Assembly: GCA_043809585.1 (NCBI GenBank)
Contig: JBDROZ010000088.1
Location: 62,001-92,096, forward strand
Source of the DNA: Candidatus Eiseniibacteriota bacterium
Lineage (GTDB): Bacteria; Orphanbacterota; Orphanbacteria; Orphanbacterales; Orphanbacteraceae
Direction: 5' to 3'
DNA length: 30,096 nucleotides
Shown here: positions 20,135-28,732 of the stretch, piece by piece
Numbering within the stretch: the stretch's first letter is position 1
How the letters are laid out: every line of letters begins with the position of its first letter
The notes under the pieces: generated by a model
Database searches by the model: none
What the model was told of the DNA's origin: nothing
What the model saw: only the letters and a program-made list of their open reading frames with translations
Program-made: the position numbers and the translations under genes

Positions 20135-20220
20135 TCCTTCGAAACACCGCTCCCTACGGTCGCGGCACTCAGGACGACCCTTCGATACGGCCTCGCTCCG
20201 CGAGGGCCTACTCAGGGCGA
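20135..20220. repeat. Two tandem REP-like palindromic units
   Basis: TCCTTCGAAAC-hairpin-ACTCAGGACGA (20135-20177) directly followed by CCCTTCGATAC-hairpin-ACTCAGGGCGA (20178-20220). Confidence 0.6.
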
Positions 20221-20237
20221 AAGGGGAAAGAGAACAG

Positions 20238-20330
20238 GGGGTCACCCGCGGATCGGAGCTGATTCCGATTCGAGGGTGGGCAGCGCGCGGCGAGGGGGTC
20301 CCTTCTTCCGGGGTCACCCGCGGATCGGAG
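20238..20330. repeat. Exact 21-nt direct repeat
   Basis: GGGGTCACCCGCGGATCGGAG at 20238-20258 and 20310-20330; degenerate cores at 20012-20025 and 20107-20120. Confidence 0.8.
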
Positions 20331-20367
20331 TCGGGTTCGTTACGAGAATCCGGTCCCGCTGCTCACC

Positions 20368-20870
20368 CGGTCTTCCCCCTCTCTTCAGTCCATTCCCGGA
20401 GTTAGGATTTCCTGTTTCCCTCATCGGACAGCGAACTCCTCCGGGGTCTGATCCCCGAGGGAACCATGGGGACGGAAGCCGTTGTACTCCCGTCTCCAGC
20501 CTTCGATCTTCCTCCGGGCATCGTTCAGGTTGATGAACCAATTCTCGTTCAAGCACTAGTCCCGGAAGCTCCGGTTGAAGCTCTCGATCAGCGCGTTCTG
20601 GTTCGGCTTCCCGGGGTCGATGAAGTGGAGCGACGCGACGTTCTTGTGTGCCCACTGATCCATCGCCAGACCGGTGAACTCCGAACCGTTGTCGACGGCG
20701 ATCTCTTCCGGAAGGCCGCGGGACCAGGCCAGACAGTCCAAGAAGCGGGCTACGCGCTCGCCGCTGATCGATGTGGCCACCTCGATGTGAAGACACTCCC
20801 TCGTGAAGTCGTCGAGCATCGTCAGGCAGCGTAGCTTTCGGCCACCGGCTAGATAGTCGTGGACGAAGTT
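20368..20870 (-). mobile_element. IS3-family transposase (OrfB integrase core) remnant, 5' truncated with internal stop
   Basis: FVHDYLAGGRKLRCLTMLDDFTREC..DNGSEF..PGKPNQNALIESFNRSFRD*CLNENWF..WRREYNGFRPHGSLGDQTPEEF. TAG at 20556-20558 replaces the Glu of the conserved RDEC motif; natural stop at 20421-20423; possible degenerate terminal IR near 20368-20392. Confidence 0.88.
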
Positions 20871-20871
20871 C

Positions 20872-22104
20872 CTACCGTTCCGGTTCCGCGGCGAAGGTGA
20901 ATTGCACGTTGAGGAAGAGGATGTCGTCTTTCAGGTCGGGGTCGCCGTCGCTCACCATCTCCTTTCGGACGTAGTTCAGTTGTAGCCTCAAAGGAACGCG
21001 GGGCCTCCAGTTCCATCCAAATGTCCAGTGTCGCTGGGCAACTTCGTCCTCCACCTGGTCATACCCGCCGGTGAACTCGTCGTAACGTACGCCGAGCTCG
21101 AGGGGAAGGGGGGCGGGCTTCCAGAAAGTCGAAAGCCCCCATCCCGAGAAGCTGTAGAGATAGCGAGCGGTCCCCCAATCGTCATCCATCTCGCCGGAGC
21201 CGAAGAACCCGTAGACCCGCTGCCTCCACGGCAGCGCCGCTTCGAGGTCCACGCTCCACGTCTGCCGGTCGATATCGAAGACCGGACCGCGTGTGCTCAT
21301 CGCCACATTCTCGTGCCGATTCAGACTGCCGTGCACGCCGACGACCAGGTCCTTCGCCGGCATTGCCGACCAGCAGAGAGGCCGCGCTTCGATCCTCGCT
21401 CCGTAGAAGAAGTCCCCGAATGAGTTCGTGTACAGAAACTCTTCGCTATCGCTCCCGCCGATGTACCGGCCTGCTCCCAGGCCGTTGCCGACCACCACGA
21501 ATCCGTCGAGCCGTGGGCTTCCGGGCGGCCATTCGGCGCGCAGTGCCACCCCGAGGTCCCGGTTGTAAGATTTCGAGGCCATGACGGGAGAGACGTAGGG
21601 CGTGCGCAGAAGGGAGTAATCACAAACGACGCCCCCGAAGGTCGAGCGGGTGATGAAGTCGAGTCGGTCGTCCGACATCAGCACTTCGCCCGTGGACGGG
21701 ATCTTCATCTGACCGATGGAGATCAAAACCATCGGATCCGGGCGGTACGAGCCCCAGAAATCGATGATATCGGCGCGTTCTTCGAGTCGGAGCCGAACCA
21801 GTCCCTCGATGGCACCCCCATCGGCCACATATCGGAGTGCGACACGGCCCTGCCTGAATACGAAACCGCTGGCGACATCATCCGCCGGATCCGAACTGCC
21901 AGCCTGGACAAGCCCGTTTTCAACCTGCTCGTGGATGGTCCAGCCAAAGCTTGTGGTGGCTTCTATCGTGACGCCGGGCGAGGCCTCCGGGTCGGATGAC
22001 GTTTCCGTGCTCCCGGCCACCCCGTCATGGGCGCCGAGCACCGCGAGTGCCACAACTCCGATAACGCCGGCGGCAACCTGGTTGATACTCTCCCTCACCC
22101 GCAC
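20872..22104 (-). CDS. Outer-membrane porin (phosphate-selective porin O/P-like beta-barrel)
   Basis: N-terminal signal-like hydrophobic stretch; GFVFRQGRV, IGQMKIP, LDFITRS, RDLGVAL, WTFGWNW..LRLQLNY, LFLNVQFTF near the C-terminus. Start codon uncertain. Confidence 0.72.
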   Translation of the reverse strand: MRVRESINQVAAGVIGVVALAVLGAHDGVAGSTETSSDPEASPGVTIEATTSFGWTIHEQVENGLVQAGSSDPADDVASGFVFRQGRVALRYVADGGAIEGLVRLRLEERADIIDFWGSYRPDPMVLISIGQMKIPSTGEVLMSDDRLDFITRSTFGGVVCDYSLLRTPYVSPVMASKSYNRDLGVALRAEWPPGSPRLDGFVVVGNGLGAGRYIGGSDSEEFLYTNSFGDFFYGARIEARPLCWSAMPAKDLVVGVHGSLNRHENVAMSTRGPVFDIDRQTWSVDLEAALPWRQRVYGFFGSGEMDDDWGTARYLYSFSGWGLSTFWKPAPLPLELGVRYDEFTGGYDQVEDEVAQRHWTFGWNWRPRVPLRLQLNYVRKEMVSDGDPDLKDDILFLNVQFTFAAEPER

Positions 22105-22164
22105 ACTCGTACCCCGTGAAGCGGAAACGGCTCGTTCCTCCCCTGATCGCCGGGCATCCGCAGG

Positions 22165-23415
22165 TTACTCGGCGTTAACGCCGTGGCCGTAGATCAGGAT
22201 CTCTTCGGCATCCACCATGGCCCAACCGCCGTTGATGATGTCGAATTCCTCGCACCCTTCCGGCATCGGTTCGATGCGCAGAATAACGGCGCCTTTTACC
22301 ATAGAGCCCGCATTATGGTCCGTCTCGAATGCGTAGTCCCACTCGTGCATCGTGCAACCGCTCGTGTCCCAGCCCTTGCCGCGATCCGGCCGATTCAGGG
22401 CATCATCCGTCGCGCCCGGGGGGATCACATTCCGAAACGGCCCTTCACCGTTGATCCTCCCGCTGCTCGGATCGAGATAGGACGCTTCCAAGGCCAGCCC
22501 GTCTCTCTCATACGCCATGATGTGCCATTGCTCATTGGCGATCGTATCGCCGTAAGCATACCCGTGGACATCGGCAGGGTACTCGACGAAGGCGCAGTCA
22601 TCACCGAGGCTCTCCACCCCGAGGCCGGAAAAGAAGCGGTGAGACGGGAACGGATCGGTGATCTGAGCGACGGTAAAGCTCCGCGCGAACCCATCGGGCG
22701 CGAGAACGTCGACGCTCGTGGCACCCGTCAGGTCCACGCCTACGCTCGTGAGAAGGTCTACTATTCTCACGCCCTTGTAGTTCGCGTAGTAATCGAATTG
22801 CTGCTTGTTCGTGTTCGCCAGTCCGAACTGAGAATGGGCCGGCATGGCGCGGATTTCGTTCAAGGTTACCGTCAGAACCGCGCAGAGCGGGAGCCCCGGA
22901 TGGCTCCCTTCGTCTCCCGGATAACGAAGGTCCTCGATCTCGGCGGCGTTCGTGTGACCGTCCCCATCGCTGTCCATGCCGTCGATGGCTTGGATCGCCG
23001 ATGTGCTTCGTCCGGCCGCGCTGTAGTCGACTCCATAGGAGTTCAGAGTCTCCTCAAAACTACCGGGCAGGCCGCTCCAACCCTCCGCCGGATGGATCAC
23101 GTAGTGGCAGTAGTCGCAGGGGTTGGCCCGCACCTCCCCCTGCCGGTCATCGAAGACTGTGGCTCCCTGGTGGCAAGTTTGGCAGTCATCGAGACGGGTG
23201 CCGATCGTATGCTGGTAGTTGCGGACGAAGTTGTCGATGTCGGCGTCCGTAGAATGCCCCTGATACGAACGAGATGATTGAAGAGTCGGAGCGCCGACAT
23301 CTCCTTCGTCCGAGCACCCGGTGGTCACCGGCGAGACGGTGAGGGCGAAGAGCAGGATCGTTGCGAACCGGCGCGCACTCGCAGGAGCACCGCCATGGGG
23401 GACGGGTGAATTCAT
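22165..23415 (-). CDS. GEGP-motif dihaem c-type cytochrome lipoprotein
   Basis: RBS GGGAGG; lipobox VTTG-C34; CQTCH and CDYCH; DSDGDG Ca-loop-like motif; YKGVRIVDLL..APDGF..NGEGPFR segment resembling molybdopterin-oxidoreductase-like domains. Confidence 0.8.
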   Translation of the reverse strand: MNSPVPHGGAPASARRFATILLFALTVSPVTTGCSDEGDVGAPTLQSSRSYQGHSTDADIDNFVRNYQHTIGTRLDDCQTCHQGATVFDDRQGEVRANPCDYCHYVIHPAEGWSGLPGSFEETLNSYGVDYSAAGRSTSAIQAIDGMDSDGDGHTNAAEIEDLRYPGDEGSHPGLPLCAVLTVTLNEIRAMPAHSQFGLANTNKQQFDYYANYKGVRIVDLLTSVGVDLTGATSVDVLAPDGFARSFTVAQITDPFPSHRFFSGLGVESLGDDCAFVEYPADVHGYAYGDTIANEQWHIMAYERDGLALEASYLDPSSGRINGEGPFRNVIPPGATDDALNRPDRGKGWDTSGCTMHEWDYAFETDHNAGSMVKGAVILRIEPMPEGCEEFDIINGGWAMVDAEEILIYGHGVNAE

Positions 23416-23467
23416 GGTCAGACCTCCCGGTTGTTCAGAGTAGATCCGTTAATTCTGAACCAGTACT

Positions 23468-23493
23468 ATATTATGTCAACACAGACATCATAT
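23468..23493. promoter_or_regulatory. Palindromic operator-like site
   Basis: ATATTATGTC-AACACA-GACATCATAT: 10-bp arms with one mismatch and a 6-nt spacer, overlapping the minus-strand -10. Confidence 0.55.
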
Positions 23494-23514
23494 CGCGCCA
23501 GCGGTCGAAGTCAA
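23487..23514 (-). promoter_or_regulatory. Sigma70-type promoter for the GEGP-porin genes
   Basis: Minus strand TTGACT-N16-TATGAT. Confidence 0.55.
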
Positions 23515-23627
23515 GCCTAGTTGTCCACCGACAGGATCACCGGAAACGAACCCGGAAGAGCTGCCGTATCAGTCTGTTAACCCACGACGAACATTCGTAT
23601 TGCATCAGGCAGAACTGCATTTTCCTA

Positions 23628-23656
23628 TTGACGCCTTTCCCTTAGAGGCCCATCAT
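23628..23656 (+). promoter_or_regulatory. Sigma70-type promoter for the fdh operon
   Basis: TTGACG-N17-CATCAT followed by an AT-rich tract. Confidence 0.5.
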
Positions 23657-23893
23657 GGATTATGTTGGTTTTGCTAATCTAATAGCATTGTTAAATCATT
23701 CCACCTAACCTAAGAAGCGGCGACCCTGGCCGCCGATAGGTGAGAGGAGGCCCTGAAAGCGATTCCGCTCCGGCTGGCACCCCCCGGCAAGGGCGAACCT
23801 GTGAAATTGCAACGAGAAACAAGCGCCGCTGGAGTGCTCCGAGAGTTTGTCCCCGGCCGAATCCTAGGTAGAGTCGCCTAACCGAGGAGTACC

Positions 23894-24746
23894 GTGGGAG
23901 ATAAGGAACACATCGCCTTGTTTTTCGAGCGCTATTCCGCTCGCCTGGAGAAGTGGACGCGGTCAATTTCTTCCCCCCCCCCCCAAGGAGGAGGCCCTGG
24001 CCCGCGTCCGATCAGGGCGTCCCTGGGTCGATCGGGCCGGCATCGATTTCGAACCGGACCGGGTCTCCGAGATCCTGCGTGGAATCCTGGAGGATCTTCG
24101 CCTGGTCTCGCGTGGACTCACGCCCGACCTGGAGCGGATACGAGCTCTCGCCGAGAAGGATGAATCCGCCCCTGCCGGTCTTCTGGAAGCCATACTCTCA
24201 AACGACTCGACCCGGGTCGATCAACTCGCCACCAAGACCGAATTCCCCTCCCGGCTCCTACGTTTTCTCGGAGGGTACCTCGCCCGACCGTTTCTCGCCG
24301 CCGCGGTCCGTGGATTCGACCCGGAGAGCGTCGACGCCAACCTCTCGAATGCCTCCTGTCCCGCCTGCGGGTGCACCGCCGAGCTCGGCTTTCTCATGCC
24401 CGAGAACGGGAAGCGCCACCTCTGGTGCCGACACTGCGGGACCGACTGGGCCGTACTGCGGCTCAAATGCCCTGTCTGCAGCAACACGGATGGCGAAACC
24501 CTCGGCTACTTCGTGCTCGAAGGGGACAGAGGCCGGCGGGTCGATTTCTGCCGGCGCTGCGGGCGATATATGAAGACGATCGATGCGCGCGAGACCGGGG
24601 GGGGGGACCCGTTCGCCCGCGCCGACATAGAGAACTTATCGAGCGAGGAACTGGACACCGCCGCGGCGCACGAAGGATTCGAACCGGCGGCCGGGGCGTG
24701 CGTTCCCGCCCTGGTGACGAAAGGCGAAACGGATGAAAAGCCCTAG
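23894..24746 (+). CDS. fdhE: Formate dehydrogenase accessory protein FdhE, frame broken at or near the C12 tract
   Basis: GAGGAG RBS plus GTG 23894. After the C12 run (23973-23984) another frame reads PKEEALARV..LARPFL..CPACG..LWCRHCGTDW..RLKCPVCSN..CRRCGRYMKTID, matching the four FdhE CxxC motifs; stop 24744-24746. Confidence 0.85.
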
Positions 24747-24764
24747 CCTGGGAGGAGGTGGCTC

Positions 24765-27700
24765 ATGAAGCTTTCTCGGAGGACCTTCTTGGAAATCGGA
24801 TGTCTGGCGCCGCTTCTTGGGCTCTCGACGGCGAGAGCCCAAGAGACGAAACCATCGGTGCCGAGCAAGATCCGATACGCCAAGGAGACGACGACGATCT
24901 GCCCCTACTGCGGGGTGGGTTGCGGACTCATCGTCTCCGCGATGGGTCGCAACGTGATCAACGTGGAGGGAGATCCCGACCATCCGATCAACCTGGGGTC
25001 TCTTTGCTGCAAGGGCCAGTCGCTTTACCAGGTGGCGACGAGCGCTCGGCGCATGACCAAGGTCCTTTACCGCGCGCCGCGGAGCACGGCGTGGGAGGAG
25101 AAATCTTGGGACTGGGCGATCACCCGGATCGCCGACCGTATCAAGGCCACGCGCGACAAGTACTTCACCACGAAAGATGGGAAGGGGAGGGTCGTCAATC
25201 GCCTCGACGCCATCGGCACCTTGGGCGGCGCCGCTCTGGACAACGAGGAGTGCTATCTCTACGGGAAACTCGCGAGAGCGCTGGGCCTGGTGTACATCGA
25301 GCACCAGGCCCGCATATGACACTCGGCCACTGTCGCCGGTCTGGCGCAATCATTCGGCCGAGGCGCGATGACTAATCACTGGACGGACATCCAGAATTCG
25401 GACTGCATCCTGATCATCGGTTCGAACGCGGCGGAGAACCACCCGCTCTCCTTCAAGTGGGTCATGAAGGCGGTGGATAAGGGGGCCACGCTGATCCACA
25501 TCGACCCGCGGTTCACCAGGACCTCGTCGAAGGCGCATATCTACGGACCGATTCGGTCCGGGACCGACATCGCGTTCATCGGCGGGCTGATCAACTACGT
25601 GCTCCAGAACAATCTCTACCACGAGGAGTACGTTCGGGAGTACACGGACGCCACCTTCCTCGTGGATTCCGCGTTCGACTTCAAGGACGGCCTGTTCAGC
25701 GGATTCGACGCGTCCTCGCGCAAGTACGACAAGAAGAAAGGCGGTTGGGAGCACCAGGCGGACGCCGAGGGGAATCCGAAACGCGATCTCTCCATGCAAG
25801 ATCCGCGCTGCGTGCTCCAACTCTTGAAGAAGCACTTCGCGTCGTACACGCCCGAGAAGGTCGCCGAAATCAGCGGAATGCCGGTCGAGACGTTCCAGAG
25901 GATCGCGAAGGCCTTCATCGCGACCGGGGTGCCGGGTAAGTCCGGCACCATCATGTATGCCATGGGCACGACCCAGCACACCGTGGGAACTCAGAACGTG
26001 CGCAGCTACGCGATGCTGCAACTGCTCCTCGGGAACATCGGTATTGCGGGAGGGGGGATCAACGCGCTCCGCGGCGAATCGAACGTGCAGGGCTCGACCG
26101 ACTACGCCCTCCTCTACCACATTCTCCCCGGCTATTTGAAGACCCCGCAGGCGTCCAATACGAGCCTAGCAGCGTACAACGAGAAGTGGACGCCCAAGGG
26201 GTTCTTCGGTGACAAGTCGGCGAACTGGTGGCAGAACACCCCCAAGTACATGGTGAGCCTGCTCAAGGCCTACTGGGGGGACCACGCCACAGAGGAGAAT
26301 GAGTTCGCCTACAACTACCTGCCGAAGCTCGACGAGGACACGATCTACACCCATATCGGCCTCTTCGAGGCGATGTACAACGGTGTGATCAAGGGGTTCC
26401 TCTGCTTCGGACAGAACCCGGCCGTGGGGGGCCCGAACGCCCTCAAGGAGCGCAAGGCGCTCGAGAAGCTCGACTGGATGGTCGCCGTCGATCTCTGGGA
26501 AACGGAAACCATGGACTTCTGGAAGAGGCCGGGGGTCGATCCGAAGAAGATCGAAACCGAGGTCTTTGCCCTGCCGGCGGCCGCGTCGGTCGAGAAGGAA
26601 GGATCGATAACGAACTCCGGGCGTTGGATGCAGTGGCGCTACAAGGCGGCCGAACCGCCCGGAGTGGCCCAATCGGATCTGTGGATTCTCGACAAGCTCT
26701 ACCGCGAGCTTAGGGAGCTCTACCGGAAAGGCGGTGCCTTCCCCGATCCGATCGTCCATCTCCACTGGAGCTACGGCACTGGACACGAACCCGATGTCCA
26801 CGCAGTCGCCAAGGAATGCAATGGCTATGCCATGCGCGACTACGAGATGAGCGGCAAGTCCTTCAAGCGGGGCCAGCAGATTCCGAGCTTCGCCTTCCTC
26901 ACGGACGACGGGGCGACCTGCAGCGGCAACTGGCTCTACTGCAACAGCTATACGGAGGACGGCAACATGGCCGCCCGCCGGATCGGCTTGGACTCACCGA
27001 ACAACATCGGCCTCTACCCGCAATGGGCCTGGTGCTGGCCGGTCAACCGCCGCATCATCTACAACCGCGCATCAGTGGATCTCGAGGGCAAACCCTGGAA
27101 CGACAAAAAGTGGGTCATCCGGTGGGACGCCGACGCCCAGAAATGGCTGGGCGACGTCCCGGACGGAGGATGGGCGCCCGGAACCAAGTACCCCTTCATC
27201 ATGAAGCCCCACGGGCACGCGCAGCTGTTCGGGAACGGACTGGTGGATGGTGCCTTCCCGTCCCACTACGAGCCGCTCGAGTCGCCCGTCAAGAACGCCC
27301 TCTACGCGCAGCAGACCAACCCGTGCATCAAGATTTGGTCGGAGGACATGGACAATGTAGGGACGCCGGACAAGTTCCCCATCGTCGCGACCACCTACCG
27401 GGTGGTCGAGCACTGGCAGGCCGGTCAGATGACCCGGAATCTTACGTGGCTCTCGGAGCTGATGCCGGACATGTTCGTGGAGATGTCCCACGAGCTGGCG
27501 GCCGAGAAGGGCGTCCAGAACGGCGACCGGGTCCGGGTCACTTCGGCCCGGGGCGGGATCAGCGCGTACGTGGTGGTCACCCACCGGTTCAAGCCGTTCC
27601 GGCTGAACGGGAAATCGTACCACCAGATCGGACTCCCTTGGCACTGGGGTTACTCGGGGATCGCGATCGGCGAGAGCGCCAATGTCCTGACCCCCCACGT

Positions 27701-27767
27701 CGGAGACGCCAACACGATGATCCCCGAGTACAAGGCGTTCCTCTGCGACCTGGAGAAGGAGGTGTAG
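24765..27767 (+). CDS. fdnG: Selenocysteine-containing formate dehydrogenase alpha subunit (FdnG/FdhA), Tat-exported, 1000 aa
   Basis: RBS GGAGG; LSRRTFL; CPYCGVGC..LCCKG; EHQARI-UGA-HSATV (Sec at codon 185, 25317-25319) continuing in frame into FGRGAMTNHW; ALRGESNVQGSTD; TTYRVVEHWQ; GDANTMIPEYKAF. Confidence 0.96.
25320..25362 (+). promoter_or_regulatory. SECIS element of fdnG
   Basis: 11-nt spacer, then UG-(bulged U)-CGCC-GGUCU-GGCG-CA; lower stem CUCGGCC/GGCCGAG; GGUCU at +19 as in E. coli fdhF. Confidence 0.9.
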
Positions 27768-27768
27768 G

Positions 27769-28629
27769 ATGGCGGAGAACTCGTTTTACTATGACGGATC
27801 TCTCTGCATCGCCTGCCGGAGCTGCCAGGTGGCCTGCAAGCAGTGGAACTATCTGGAGGGAGAGAAGACGACTTTCTTCGCCGCCGCCGGGGGATATCAG
27901 AATCCCTCGCAGCTCTCTCCCACCACCTGGACCATCGTCAAGTTCCACGAGGTGCAGGACGGGAACCGGGTGGGCTGGCTCTTCCGCCGCCACCACTGCT
28001 TCCACTGCGCCCAGGCCGCCTGCATCGAGGTCTGCCCGGTCGAACCGAAGGCGATGAAGCGGCACGCGGAGTACGGGACCGTCTACGTTGACCAGGATCT
28101 GTGCATTGGGTGCGGGTCCTGCGTGGAGGCTTGCCCGTTCGGCGTGCCCCACGTGAACGAGAAGCTTGAGAAGTCGCGGAAGTGCACGGCGTGCTTCGAC
28201 CGCGTGGGCAACGACCTTCTGACGGCCTGCGCGAAAACCTGCCCGACTCAGTCGATCCGCTACGGCCCGAAACAGGAGATGTACGCGTTGGCCGGGAAAA
28301 GGGTGAAGGAGCTCGAGGCGGCGGGCTGGAAGAACGCCAACATTTACGGTCCCGACCAGCTCGGGGGCCTGCACTCGATCTACGTCCTCCTGGACAAGCC
28401 GGAAGTGTACGGTCTCGTGGTCGATCCGAAGATCGACCTCGGAAAACTCGAGCCGATCCGGCGCCGGGGCGAAGAGAGGTATGCCGCGCGGCGCCAGAAG
28501 GGCGAGGAATGCGTGGCTTCCCTTATCCTGGGGAGCCCGCCGATCCTGGCGATCGGGGCGTTGGCTTTGGGTGTCAAGAGACTGGGAGAGAGGAAGGCGG
28601 AGGTATCCCGGAAGGAGTCCGAACGGTAA
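27769..28629 (+). CDS. fdnH: Formate dehydrogenase beta subunit (four Fe-S clusters, C-terminal membrane anchor)
   Basis: CIACRSCQVACKQWN, CFHCAQAACIEVCP, CIGCGSCVEACP, CTAC..CAKTCP (16 Cys); hydrophobic tail VASLILGSPPILAIGALALGV. Confidence 0.92.
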   Translation: MAENSFYYDGSLCIACRSCQVACKQWNYLEGEKTTFFAAAGGYQNPSQLSPTTWTIVKFHEVQDGNRVGWLFRRHHCFHCAQAACIEVCPVEPKAMKRHAEYGTVYVDQDLCIGCGSCVEACPFGVPHVNEKLEKSRKCTACFDRVGNDLLTACAKTCPTQSIRYGPKQEMYALAGKRVKELEAAGWKNANIYGPDQLGGLHSIYVLLDKPEVYGLVVDPKIDLGKLEPIRRRGEERYAARRQKGEECVASLILGSPPILAIGALALGVKRLGERKAEVSRKESER

Positions 28630-28732
28630 GAGATTCGGGCTTCCCGCCCGGCGGGGAACGCTCCTTTGCCTGGGCGGGGCCTCCCCGGAAAGGCTCGTTC
28701 GTGGTTCGTGGCTCATATCAAGGAGGAAAGGC

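Noticed and set aside
20012-20330. CRISPR array
   Set aside because: Only two exact 21-nt copies, irregular spacing (95, 131, 72 nt) and no cas genes in the window.
20556-20558. TAG readthrough (pyrrolysine) in the transposase
   Set aside because: A single GAG-to-TAG change in a truncated IS remnant is ordinary decay.
23688-23705. Rex operator-like TTGTTAAATCATTCCACC
   Set aside because: The right half-site is too divergent from TTCACAA to support the call.
24765-25319. fdnG as a pseudogene or two separate genes
   Set aside because: The UGA is at the conserved Sec position with a canonical SECIS.
28638-28670. Intrinsic terminator after fdnH
   Set aside because: A GC hairpin is present but short-looped and lacks an adjacent U tract.
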